From assembly GCA_913050325.1 (NCBI GenBank), contig CAJWZP010000001.1:129611-193610 (forward strand): DNA of 64,000 bases. Direction: 5' to 3'. The notes under the pieces were generated by a model, which saw only the letters and a list, made by a program, of their open reading frames with translations, was not told the DNA's origin and ran no database searches. The position numbers were made by a program, and so were the translations under genes. Origin of the DNA: an uncultured bacterium (GTDB taxonomy: Bacteria; Desulfobacterota_D; UBA1144). Shown in pieces: positions 40,221-49,312 of the stretch. Each line of letters begins with the position of its first letter. Position 1 is the stretch's first letter.

Positions 40221-41954
40221 CTAGGCCATATCAGGCACTGGACCATCTGGAATAGGATCTTCTGGGTTCAATAGCATATCATCCATTGTTCCACCAGGCG
40301 TTAACATGGGATAAACCATTTCTGTATGGTCAACAATAAGCTCAATTAAAACTACTCCCTTAGTAGACAAACCTTCCCTTAAAGAGGATTCTAAATCTTT
40401 TGGAGAGGATATTTGAAAAGCTTTTGCACCATAGGATTTTGCAATATTTATATAATCTGGATTTAAATCAAATTTACAACATGAATAATTTTTATTAAAA
40501 AATAATGTTTGCCACTGCCTAACCATTCCATGATGACCATTATTTATTAATATAATTTTTAAATTAAGATTATTTGAAACAGCAGTACTAAATTCTTGCA
40601 TATTCATTTGAAAACTACCATCACCACAAACTGCAAGAACTATATCATTTTTTCTTCCAAACTTAGCACCTATAGCCGCAGGAAAACCAAAACCCATAGT
40701 TCCTAATCCGCCAGAAGTAATTTGGTTCCTTGGATTTTCAAAGTCATAATACTGAGCTACCCACATTTGATGTTGGCCAACATCAGTTACAACAACAGCT
40801 TTTCCCTTAGTAATTTTAGACAAAAGACTTATTGCATAGCTAGTTTTAATCATCTTTCCTGATTGAGAGGCTAGTGTTGGGTTTTCTTTTTCCCAATTTT
40901 TAATTTTATCAAACCAACTGTTTCTTTCATTTTTATCTATTTTAAAACTTAACGGGATTTCTTTATTTAATTGCTTAATAACAGTTTTTGCATCTCCAAC
41001 TATAGGGCAATGCACAATGATATTTTTATTTATTGTAGATGGATCAATATCTATGTGAATTACTTTAGCTTTTGGTGCAAACTGATCAAAAAGTCCACCT
41101 GTTGATCTATCATCAAATCTAGCACCAATAGATATTACCAAATCACTGTCGTAAACGGCTTTGTTTGCAAAGTATGATCCATGCATACCAATCCAACTTA
41201 CTCTCATTGGGTCATTGGGAGGATAGCCTCCTAACCCCATTAATGTTAACGTTACTGGAATTTTTAAACGATTTGCGAACTTTTGTAATTCACTTGTAGC
41301 TTCTGAAATAATTATTCCACCACCGCCAAAAACTATCGGTCTCTTAGCATTCATTATCAATTTTGCCGCTTTTTTAATATCATTTAAATTTCCCTCTTTG
41401 GGAATTTTATAACCACTTATTTTATTAATTTTAGGAAAATTAAATTTTGAATTAGAAAACAATACATGCTTAGGAATATCAACCAGAATAGCACCAGGTC
41501 TTCCTGTAGTTGCTAAATTAATTGCTTCTCTTGTAACCCTTGATAAATCAGAAATATTCTCCACTAAGAAATTATGTTTGGTAGTAGACCTTGATATGCC
41601 AATATGATCAATTTGATCAAAGATATTTGTCAATTTTTCATTTTCACTAAAATGACAGACAAAAACTACAATTGGAGCTGAGTCCATATTAGCGGTTTGT
41701 AAACCAGTAATTGTATTTGTCCCGCTTGTATCAGAATCGCAAACTATAATACCCGCCTTTCCAGTAGCTCTCGCATAGCCATCAGCCATATGGCTTGCAC
41801 CTTGCTCGTTCCCAGAAACTATATTTTTAAGTTTTTTCTTAAATTTATCATCAAAAATAGCATCAACTTCGGGCCCAAAGCTATTTGGAGGTGAAAAAAT
41901 GTATTCAACATTATCTTTTATTAAAGTATTAAAAAAAATTTCAATCCCTTTCAT
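40221..41954 (-). CDS. ilvB: acetolactate synthase large (catalytic) subunit-like TPP enzyme, with no adjacent small subunit
   Basis: Aligns along its length to the E. coli IlvI sequence: HMADGYARATG, GISR..KH.FLV, GRPG, CGDGSFQMNMQEF, LINNGHHGMVRQWQ and a C-terminal VYPM..GGTMDDM. The N-terminal GYPGG and TSGPGATN motifs are replaced by SPPNSFGPE and DSDTSGTN. Confidence 0.8.
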   Translation of the reverse strand: MKGIEIFFNTLIKDNVEYIFSPPNSFGPEVDAIFDDKFKKKLKNIVSGNEQGASHMADGYARATGKAGIIVCDSDTSGTNTITGLQTANMDSAPIVVFVCHFSENEKLTNIFDQIDHIGISRSTTKHNFLVENISDLSRVTREAINLATTGRPGAILVDIPKHVLFSNSKFNFPKINKISGYKIPKEGNLNDIKKAAKLIMNAKRPIVFGGGGIIISEATSELQKFANRLKIPVTLTLMGLGGYPPNDPMRVSWIGMHGSYFANKAVYDSDLVISIGARFDDRSTGGLFDQFAPKAKVIHIDIDPSTINKNIIVHCPIVGDAKTVIKQLNKEIPLSFKIDKNERNSWFDKIKNWEKENPTLASQSGKMIKTSYAISLLSKITKGKAVVVTDVGQHQMWVAQYYDFENPRNQITSGGLGTMGFGFPAAIGAKFGRKNDIVLAVCGDGSFQMNMQEFSTAVSNNLNLKIILINNGHHGMVRQWQTLFFNKNYSCCKFDLNPDYINIAKSYGAKAFQISSPKDLESSLREGLSTKGVVLIELIVDHTEMVYPMLTPGGTMDDMLLNPEDPIPDGPVPDMA

Positions 41955-42071
41955 TAGCTTTAGTGTAAATTAATTATTAAAAAAAGAAAATTTATTTGCA
42001 TTTTATTAATTGTCTGGTTACATTAATTACTTCCTACCATCCGCTAATTTATACATAGGAGGCAAATTATT

Positions 42072-43043
42072 ATGCCAAGTCACTTAAACGTTGACACAAA
42101 GTACTGGACTCTAACTGATGAGATTCCAGCACCGCCTGTTGAAAGAGACATTAAGTCATGGATTATCGGAAACCCTTCCGATCCTCTATGGGATATTGAT
42201 GTTCTTCCTTTAACATATACAGATTCAAGATGGTCAGCTTTTATTCTTAAAAGCCCGATGGATTGTCTACAAAGACTATGTCCAAACCCACCTTTATCAG
42301 TATACGAAGGCGAAAACGGAGACTTAGTAGAGTATTGGTACGTACAACACAACAATACAATGCTAGGTCCATATTTAGAAATGGGTGTAACAGTAGCTGC
42401 TACACATACAGATTCTAAAGGTAATACATGGAAAGGTGGATACTATCCATACATGTATTTAACACAGGATTCAGCTGTTGATGCAGGTCGTGTTTTAGGA
42501 TTCCCTAAAAAAATGGCTTACATTAGAGCAACTGAGCATGGCGGCGAAAAAGGAGACGATTTCTTTGGTTTTTCAATGTCAAGAAATGGTTACCTAATGT
42601 GCGCACAGCAAGGTAAATATGACGATGCTCCAGTAAAACCACCATTCTTCTATGGTAAAACTGATTGGGGTAAATTCAACATGAAGGTTATCACACGTCC
42701 TGACGTTGCAAGTTCAGAATGGCAGTTAACATATCTTCCATCTAAACTTCCACCTGCATTTAATGTAGAAGGACACAGATTCCAAATCAAAAACGAGTTA
42801 ACAAGAACTGCTTCAAGCGATGCTTGCGATTGGTTCCAACAAGCAACTCCATTTGATAATATGGGCGCTGAATTGAAAATCGATGAGGTAAAAGGATTGA
42901 TTTCATTCACATTTGATCTTGTTATCCCTCCAGCGGAAGTTATCTGGTCAGAAACATATGAAAGACCAGCTTCTTACAGAGGATATGCAACACCATATCA
43001 GTATGGTTTAAGACAACAATTCCCAATTCACCAAGGTGCATAG
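42072..43043 (+). CDS. acetoacetate decarboxylase (ADC) family protein, paralog 1
   Basis: Aligns with the clostridial ADC core: LTYTDSRW...CPNPPL matches YRTDMDALRKVVPEPLE; YLEMGV matches the Glu76 region; MYLTQDSAVDAGRVLGFPKKMAY matches MYLDNEPAIAVGRELSAYPKK (Schiff-base Lys-Lys). It carries about 50-aa N-terminal and about 70-aa C-terminal extensions. GGAGG ribosome-binding site. Confidence 0.6.
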   Translation: MPSHLNVDTKYWTLTDEIPAPPVERDIKSWIIGNPSDPLWDIDVLPLTYTDSRWSAFILKSPMDCLQRLCPNPPLSVYEGENGDLVEYWYVQHNNTMLGPYLEMGVTVAATHTDSKGNTWKGGYYPYMYLTQDSAVDAGRVLGFPKKMAYIRATEHGGEKGDDFFGFSMSRNGYLMCAQQGKYDDAPVKPPFFYGKTDWGKFNMKVITRPDVASSEWQLTYLPSKLPPAFNVEGHRFQIKNELTRTASSDACDWFQQATPFDNMGAELKIDEVKGLISFTFDLVIPPAEVIWSETYERPASYRGYATPYQYGLRQQFPIHQGA

Positions 43044-43074
43044 GAATTAATTTTAATACGGAGGAAATAAAAAC

Positions 43075-44049
43075 ATGGCTAAACAAGCAAACGAATATAG
43101 CTATCCATGGTTAGAAGAAGGGGAAGTACCACCACTACCACTTGATAGAGATAGAATTCATATCATCTCTCAGGGTGTCGCTGACCCAGTTTTTGACTAT
43201 GACATAGTTCCATTAACATACACAGAAAGCCGTTGGATGGCATATGTTGTTGAAGCAGACGAAGCTGCTTTAAAAGCATTCCACCCAGAGCCTGTTGAAC
43301 TTCATGATAATATCCTAGAGTTCTGGTACGTTATTCACAGAAACACAATGTTAGGACCTTACATGGAATTTGGTGTTACATCATCAGCAACAGTAAAAGG
43401 CTCAGACGGTCAAGTTTGGAAAGGTGGATACTATCCAATTATGTATCTATCTAACGACTCACCAATTTTCGCAGGTAGAGAACCATTTGGTTTCCCTAAA
43501 AAAGCTGCATACATTGCTGCTTTTGAACATGGTACAAATGACAACTACTTCAACTTCTTAATGGAGAGAAGAGGTTATGTTCTTCATTCTGCAAATGGTC
43601 GTTATTCAGACAAACCAGTTGCTGTTAAACCAACATTCTTTGGTAAAACAGACTGGGGTAGACTAAACTACAGAATCACAACTCACCCAAGTGTAGGATA
43701 CAGTGATCACCAAGTTACATATCTTGGTTCAGAATTACCACCACAATTCGGTAATGGACACAGATTCCAGCTAGATCCAAGTTCTATTAGAACTGCTACT
43801 GGAGAAGATATGAGATCATGGTATATGGCAGGAACTCCTTTTGACTTCATGGGAGGTTCATTAGGAGATGTTAAAGTACATGGATTAATTTCATTTACAT
43901 TTAACTTAATCATTCCGCCAGCTTCAATTGTATGGGAGAAAAGAGTTGAAAGAAGTGATGAAGATACTGCTAAGCATCTTCTATTCTCAACTCCTTACAA
44001 ATATACAATGAGACACAGATTCTTAACACCTTACTATCCTGGTGCATAA
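43075..44049 (+). CDS. acetoacetate decarboxylase (ADC) family protein, paralog 2
   Basis: About 45% identical to paralog 1 by eye. FHPEPVEL, YMEFGV and MYLSNDSPIFAGREPFGFPKKAAY retain the same catalytic positions. GGAGG ribosome-binding site. Confidence 0.6.
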   Translation: MAKQANEYSYPWLEEGEVPPLPLDRDRIHIISQGVADPVFDYDIVPLTYTESRWMAYVVEADEAALKAFHPEPVELHDNILEFWYVIHRNTMLGPYMEFGVTSSATVKGSDGQVWKGGYYPIMYLSNDSPIFAGREPFGFPKKAAYIAAFEHGTNDNYFNFLMERRGYVLHSANGRYSDKPVAVKPTFFGKTDWGRLNYRITTHPSVGYSDHQVTYLGSELPPQFGNGHRFQLDPSSIRTATGEDMRSWYMAGTPFDFMGGSLGDVKVHGLISFTFNLIIPPASIVWEKRVERSDEDTAKHLLFSTPYKYTMRHRFLTPYYPGA

Positions 44050-44054
44050 GAATA

Positions 44055-44180
44055 TAATAAAAAAGCAACTAGCCTATTTTAATAGGCTAGTTGCCCTTAA
44101 ATGAAAATTAGCGTTTTGGGGTGGAAGGCCGTTGACGTGACTATCCGCTAAGTAGTCTAACCTTCCACCTAAAACCAATA
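44055..44180 (-). ncRNA. candidate structured small RNA: long 15-bp hairpin followed (minus strand) by an intrinsic terminator with a U-run
   Basis: A stem at 44113-44128 pairs with 44161-44175 (GTTTTGGGGTGGAAGG with CCTTCCACCTAAAAC, one bulge) around a 32-nt loop. A second hairpin at 44065-44094 (GCAACTAGCCTA/TAGGCTAGTTGC) is followed on the minus strand by TTTTTTTATTAT. No coding potential. Confidence 0.3.
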
Positions 44181-44231
44181 ATAGCTTTAAAAGCATCAAA
44201 AAATCAATAAAACTTTATATATTATGTATTT

Positions 44232-44495
44232 TTGTTTATATTCCTTGTTATGTCACCAATTATTGTCACCAAATGTTCATGCTCTGAAGACAAAATATAT
44301 CTAAGTATTCCTAAAGAAATATATTTTAGTGGAAGAATAGATGGAAAAAATTGGGAATTAGAATATTCGAAAAAAGTAAAAGAAGAAAAATATCAATTTT
44401 ATAAAAAAAATATTAAAAAAAACTCAGATCAATGGATAGAAATAGAAAAAAAAGAGGTCTTTTGTAAAAAATGTGGGAAAAAACTAAAATTTTGA
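44232..44495 (+). CDS. hypothetical small Cys-containing protein (CSC...CKKC), possible signal peptide
   Basis: 87-aa ORF with a TTG start at 44232 and an alternative ATG at 44250. The C-x-C and C-x2-C pairs suggest a zinc-ribbon-like fold. Confidence 0.35.
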   Translation: MFIFLVMSPIIVTKCSCSEDKIYLSIPKEIYFSGRIDGKNWELEYSKKVKEEKYQFYKKNIKKNSDQWIEIEKKEVFCKKCGKKLKF

Positions 44496-44504
44496 CAAAA
44501 AAAA

Positions 44505-44530
44505 AGAGAGGTACCGCTAAATACCTCTCA
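44505..44530 (-). terminator. rho-independent terminator for leuA (minus strand)
   Basis: GAGAGGTA-ccgctaaa-TACCTCTC hairpin, followed on the minus strand by TTTTTTTTTGT. Confidence 0.6.
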
Positions 44531-44618
44531 GAGTGTTACGGGGATGTTTAACCATCTCCTACCTACGCTTGTTCCATTGTAGCATACATAGATTTAAAAT
44601 TTCAACAACTTTTTTATA

Positions 44619-46160
44619 TTAAATACCTTTTGGTGAAGCAATTTTAGGGTGTAGTTTTCTCCATCTTAAATTATTTAAAGCATTGATAAATGCTTTTGCA
44701 CTAGCAACAATTACATCTGTACTTGATCCCTTACCTCGAGCGGTATGTGATGATTCATTAATTATTACTGAAACTTCGGCTTGAGCATCCATTCCACTAG
44801 TGACAGAAGCTACATTATAGGAATTTAATTTTGGATTTAGCTCAACAGCTTTACAAATGGATCTGAAAACAGAATCAATAGGTCCATCACCAAATTCGTT
44901 AACGTTGACTTCTTTACCATCTATACTAAGTGATAGCTTTGCTGAAGGTTTTTCATCTGTTCCTGAAGAACAATACAAAGATATTAACTGATAGTAATTT
45001 CCCGACCTAACAAACTCTTCATTAATCAATGCTTCAATATCTTCATCAAATACATATTTCTTTTTATCACATAGTTCTTTAAATTTTTTAAAAGCAATTT
45101 CAAATTTATCACTGGATAAGCTATATCCAAATTCGTTGAGTCTATCACGAAAAGCATGCCTTCCAGAATGTTTACCTAAGACAATATAGTTAGATGGAAT
45201 TCCAACCTCTTCTGCTTCCATTATCTCATATGTATTTCTTTGCTTTAAAACTCCATCTTGGTGAATTCCCGCCTCATGTGCAAATGCGTTAGCGCCAACT
45301 ATAGCTTTATTGGGCTGAACATTTACCCCTGTTACACTACTAACGAGTTTACTGCAAGGATATATATTTTTTGTATTAATAGCTGTATCAAAAGGATTTA
45401 AATCATTTCGGACTTTTAGTGCCATTACAATTTCTTCTAACGAAGCATTCCCTGCTCTTTCGCCCAAACCATTAATTGTACATTCTACTTGACGAGCTCC
45501 TTCATGGATGGCGGCTAAAGAATTAGCAACCGCTAGTCCTAAATCATTATGGCAATGAACACTAATTGTAACTTTATCAATTCCAGCAACTCCCTCTCTT
45601 ATCGAGCTAATCATCTTAGCAAATTCACTTGGAATTGTGTATCCAACAGTATCAGGAATATTTATTGTTGTAGCACCCGATTGGATTGCAACAGATATTG
45701 CTGAACACAAAAAATCTATGTCTGAGCGTGTGGCATCTTCACATGAAAATTCAACATTTGAAGTATATTTAGCAGCATGTCTTACAGATTGACCTATGAT
45801 TTCTAAAACTTCATCTTTGGTTTTTTTTAACTTATAATCAAGATGAATATCGGATGTTGCAATAAATGTGTGAATTCTAGGGTTTACGGCTTGTTTAATA
45901 GCATCCCATGCTCTATCAATATCTTTCAAATTTGCTCTACAAAGACCTGCTACTTCACAATTTTTAATCTGATTAGCGATTAATTTTACAGAATTAAAGT
46001 CGCCTTCAGATGCAATAGGAAATCCTGCTTCAATTATATCGACACCCAACTTCTCCAGCTGAAGAGCTACTTTAACCTTTTCTTCTTCATTCATACTACA
46101 GCCAGGTGCTTGCTCACCATCTCTCAGTGTTGTATCAAAAATTTTAACAAAATTATTCAT
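44619..46160 (-). CDS. leuA: 2-isopropylmalate synthase LeuA (long form with C-terminal regulatory domain)
   Basis: FDTTLRDGEQAPG, HCHNDLGLAVANSLAA. The ATG at 46160 gives MNNFVKIFDTTLRDGEQ; the track start at 46199 is a TTG. Confidence 0.85.
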   Translation of the reverse strand: MNNFVKIFDTTLRDGEQAPGCSMNEEEKVKVALQLEKLGVDIIEAGFPIASEGDFNSVKLIANQIKNCEVAGLCRANLKDIDRAWDAIKQAVNPRIHTFIATSDIHLDYKLKKTKDEVLEIIGQSVRHAAKYTSNVEFSCEDATRSDIDFLCSAISVAIQSGATTINIPDTVGYTIPSEFAKMISSIREGVAGIDKVTISVHCHNDLGLAVANSLAAIHEGARQVECTINGLGERAGNASLEEIVMALKVRNDLNPFDTAINTKNIYPCSKLVSSVTGVNVQPNKAIVGANAFAHEAGIHQDGVLKQRNTYEIMEAEEVGIPSNYIVLGKHSGRHAFRDRLNEFGYSLSSDKFEIAFKKFKELCDKKKYVFDEDIEALINEEFVRSGNYYQLISLYCSSGTDEKPSAKLSLSIDGKEVNVNEFGDGPIDSVFRSICKAVELNPKLNSYNVASVTSGMDAQAEVSVIINESSHTARGKGSSTDVIVASAKAFINALNNLRWRKLHPKIASPKGI

Positions 46161-46179
46161 TGAATTAAAAAAATATAAG

Positions 46180-47727
46180 TCAACCTTCAGTTTTGTCAAT
46201 TTTGTTGAACAAAAGGTCTAATTTTTTAATTGTTGCACCTGGTAATAAACTTTCAATTTTATTGAAGCCTGAAAAGCTATTAGACTTATCATCAATTTTT
46301 ATATTAAGTGCATTTAATATTTTTTTACTAGAATCAGGCATAATTGGAAATAATAAAATAGATATCAATCTAATCATTTCCAATGATGTTCTTAGTACTC
46401 TTTTTAATCCTTCATGATCATTATCTTTTGCTAACTTCCATGGTTGGGTTTCATCTATGTACTTATTTGTACTTGAAACTATATCCATAGCACTTGATAT
46501 TGCTTTGCTAAATTCAGCAATTTTAAATTGCACCATATAATCAGATATTTTTTCATCACTTATTTTAATTAAATCTGACTCACGTTCTGTAATTTCTACT
46601 TCAGGAACAATGCCATTTAAATTTTTCATAGTCATAGAAAAAACCCTATTTACTAAATTTCCATAATTGTTTGCAAGTTCTGAATTAACTCTTGCAATTA
46701 ATGAATTTTGGGAAAAGTCACCATCATTTCCAAATGGTACTTCTTTAAGTAGGAAATATCTAAATTGGTCTAGACCATATTTGCTTATCATATCATCAGG
46801 ATCAATTACGTTACCTAATGATTTCGACATTTTTTCTTTTTCGACTGTCCACCAACCATGTGCAATAATTTTTTTTGGTAAAGGTAATTCTGCAGCCATT
46901 AACAATGCAGGCCAATAAATTGCATGAAACCTGAGAATATCCTTTCCAACTATATGAAAATCAGCAGGCCAAAATTTTCTTATGTTATCACTGTTTAAAT
47001 TAGGAAATTCTAAAGCTGTTAAATAATTAGTTAGAGCATCAATCCAAACATATACTATGTGTCTATCATCATCTGGCACTTTAACACCCCAGCTAAAACT
47101 TGTTCGCGATATTGATAAATCTTTAAGTCCTTGTTTAACAAAACTTATTACTTCATTAAATCTAGATTTAGGTGTAACAAAATCAGGGTTATTTTCATAA
47201 AAATCTAGTAGTTTACTTTCCCATGATGATAATTTAAAAAAATAGCTAGACTCTTCTACCCATTCTACAGGAGAACCGCTGGGTGCTTTAGAATCTACCA
47301 ATTCATCTTCACTATAAAAAGCCTCATCTCTCACGGAGTACCACCCTGAGTATTTATCAAGATATATTTGATTATTATTATTTAAAATTTCCCAAAATTT
47401 CTGAACTCCCGCTTTATGTTTTGACGAACTAGTTCTAATAAAATGGTCATTTGTAAGATTTAAGTTATTTGACATAGCTTGAAAATTTTTACTCATGCCA
47501 TCAACAAAATCCTGAATAGGAATGTTTCTATTTTTGGCTGCTTGTTCAATTTTTTGACCATGTTCGTCCGTTCCAGTTAAGAAAAAAACTTCTTTATCTT
47601 TGAGCCTGTAGAATCTAGAAAGTGCATCACAAGCAATACTGGTGTAAGCATGCCCAACATGTGGAACATCATTTACATAATATATAGGTGTTGTGATATA
47701 AATACCTTTTTGATCAATTTCAGTCAT
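46180..47727 (-). CDS. metG: methionine--tRNA ligase MetG (short form, no C-terminal tRNA-binding domain)
   Basis: HVGHAYTSIACD (HIGH motif) and KMSKSLGNVI (KMSKS motif). Confidence 0.9.
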   Translation of the reverse strand: MTEIDQKGIYITTPIYYVNDVPHVGHAYTSIACDALSRFYRLKDKEVFFLTGTDEHGQKIEQAAKNRNIPIQDFVDGMSKNFQAMSNNLNLTNDHFIRTSSSKHKAGVQKFWEILNNNNQIYLDKYSGWYSVRDEAFYSEDELVDSKAPSGSPVEWVEESSYFFKLSSWESKLLDFYENNPDFVTPKSRFNEVISFVKQGLKDLSISRTSFSWGVKVPDDDRHIVYVWIDALTNYLTALEFPNLNSDNIRKFWPADFHIVGKDILRFHAIYWPALLMAAELPLPKKIIAHGWWTVEKEKMSKSLGNVIDPDDMISKYGLDQFRYFLLKEVPFGNDGDFSQNSLIARVNSELANNYGNLVNRVFSMTMKNLNGIVPEVEITERESDLIKISDEKISDYMVQFKIAEFSKAISSAMDIVSSTNKYIDETQPWKLAKDNDHEGLKRVLRTSLEMIRLISILLFPIMPDSSKKILNALNIKIDDKSNSFSGFNKIESLLPGATIKKLDLLFNKIDKTEG

Positions 47728-47749
47728 AAAATATACTACCTGATTAGTT

Positions 47750-48646
47750 TTAACTTCTGTTGGTTACAAAATAATTTAAAACTAATTCATCAATTGCTAA
47801 TTTGACATTAAAATTTGTATCAAATGAGTCTTCAAAAATTTTGCATAAACTATCAATAAAATATATACCATCTAAAAGATTTAAATTATCTAAGTTACTT
47901 TTAATTAAGTTTTTTGATAGTATATTTTTTAAAAAAATTATCATTTCTTCAATAACTATATTAATAGAAAATTCAGAAGATAAATTATCAATTATTTTGT
48001 TCACATCATCTATTTTATCGAGTTCTTTTCTAATAATTAGAGTTGAAAGTTCAAAAATTTTATCAAAATTACTCTTTGAATAAAAATCAATATTACGTAA
48101 AGATCCATCCAAAATACTTAAGATTATTTGCTTATCCTCTTCATTAAAATCATCACTTAAATAATTATTAATTATACTATTAGGAAGACTGTTTAAAGAG
48201 AATACAATTGACCGTGATCTAACTGTAGGCAGTAACATTTGTGAATTTTCTAAAACTAAAAAAAATAAAATATAATCAGGTGGTTCTTCCAATAATTTTA
48301 AAATTTTATTTTGAACAGTATTATTCATTGCATTTGCATTATTGATCAAAATAATTTTTTTACTAGATTCGTAAGGTGGTTTATAAATCCAATCATCTAA
48401 ATCCTTTATGTCATCAACTAGTATTTTATTATTTTCAGGTTTTATTTGATAAAGATCAGGATGAATATTTTTTCTAACTTTATAAGTATTATTTAAAATA
48501 TTTCCCGATAATTCTGATAAAAAAATTTGTTTTCCAATACCCTTTTTTCCTTCAAAAATAACAGATCTCGAAGATAACTTATTATTAATAATCTTTTTCA
48601 AACTTTCTTGTGAATTTAAATGAAAATCATAAATATCATTTTCCAT
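47750..48646 (-). CDS. holB: DNA polymerase III delta' subunit HolB
   Basis: AAA+ N-terminus (FEGKKGIGKQIFLSEL). In the conserved tmk-holB-metG arrangement. Confidence 0.7.
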   Translation of the reverse strand: MENDIYDFHLNSQESLKKIINNKLSSRSVIFEGKKGIGKQIFLSELSGNILNNTYKVRKNIHPDLYQIKPENNKILVDDIKDLDDWIYKPPYESSKKIILINNANAMNNTVQNKILKLLEEPPDYILFFLVLENSQMLLPTVRSRSIVFSLNSLPNSIINNYLSDDFNEEDKQIILSILDGSLRNIDFYSKSNFDKIFELSTLIIRKELDKIDDVNKIIDNLSSEFSINIVIEEMIIFLKNILSKNLIKSNLDNLNLLDGIYFIDSLCKIFEDSFDTNFNVKLAIDELVLNYFVTNRS

Positions 48647-48651
48647 AAAAA

Positions 48652-49290
48652 TTAACCTAATTTATCTAGACGTTTGAAAATACTAAATCTATTTCTTAGG
48701 GTTCTTCTAATTTCTGATTGGACACTGTCAATATCTTTCTCACCATCAATCAAGCATATTCGATTTGGTTGTTTATTATGTAAAGATAAGTAGGATTTTC
48801 TGACTCTACTATGGAACTCAAATGATTCGTCATCAATTCTATTCCGCCCGGGTCTTTCTATTATTCTGCTGAGTGCAGTATTAACTGATATATCTATTAA
48901 GAAAGTAACAGTTGGTATTATTCCAAGTGCAGCCCCAAACCCCAATTTTTTAACCATTTCAGGATCTAACCCTCTGCCATAACCCTGATAAGCAATAGTT
49001 GAATCATAAAATCTATCACATAAAACAATTTTACCTTGAGATAATTTTGGTTTAATAAACTCTTGAACATGCTGAGCTCTATCAGCACAAAAAAGAGATA
49101 ACTCAGTTATTGGTTCAATTTCAATATCATCATAATCCAAAATAATTTTTCTAATTAGACTACCAACCCTGCCCCAACCAGGTTCTCTTGTAGACTCAAC
49201 ATCAAAATGAATCTTTTCTAAGGCTGCTTTAAGTAATTTTACTTGAGTAGACTTACCTGAACCTTCTATACCTTCAAATGTAATAAACAT
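48652..49290 (-). CDS. tmk: thymidylate kinase Tmk
   Basis: MFITFEGIEGSGKSTQ P-loop, DRF.DST motif. Confidence 0.9.
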   Translation of the reverse strand: MFITFEGIEGSGKSTQVKLLKAALEKIHFDVESTREPGWGRVGSLIRKIILDYDDIEIEPITELSLFCADRAQHVQEFIKPKLSQGKIVLCDRFYDSTIAYQGYGRGLDPEMVKKLGFGAALGIIPTVTFLIDISVNTALSRIIERPGRNRIDDESFEFHSRVRKSYLSLHNKQPNRICLIDGEKDIDSVQSEIRRTLRNRFSIFKRLDKLG

Positions 49291-49312
49291 AATTAAATAA
49301 ATACCATCAAAG

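Noticed and set aside
44113-44176. SRP (4.5S) RNA or tRNA identity for the long hairpin
   Set aside because: It lacks the domain IV AGCAGCC/GGAAG symmetric-loop motif, lacks tRNA T-loop and D-loop signatures, and has the wrong length.
44232-44495. Lipoprotein call for the small Cys ORF
   Set aside because: The residues before the first Cys (IVTK-C) do not fit the lipobox [LVI][ASTVI][GAS]C. It is kept only as a hypothetical.
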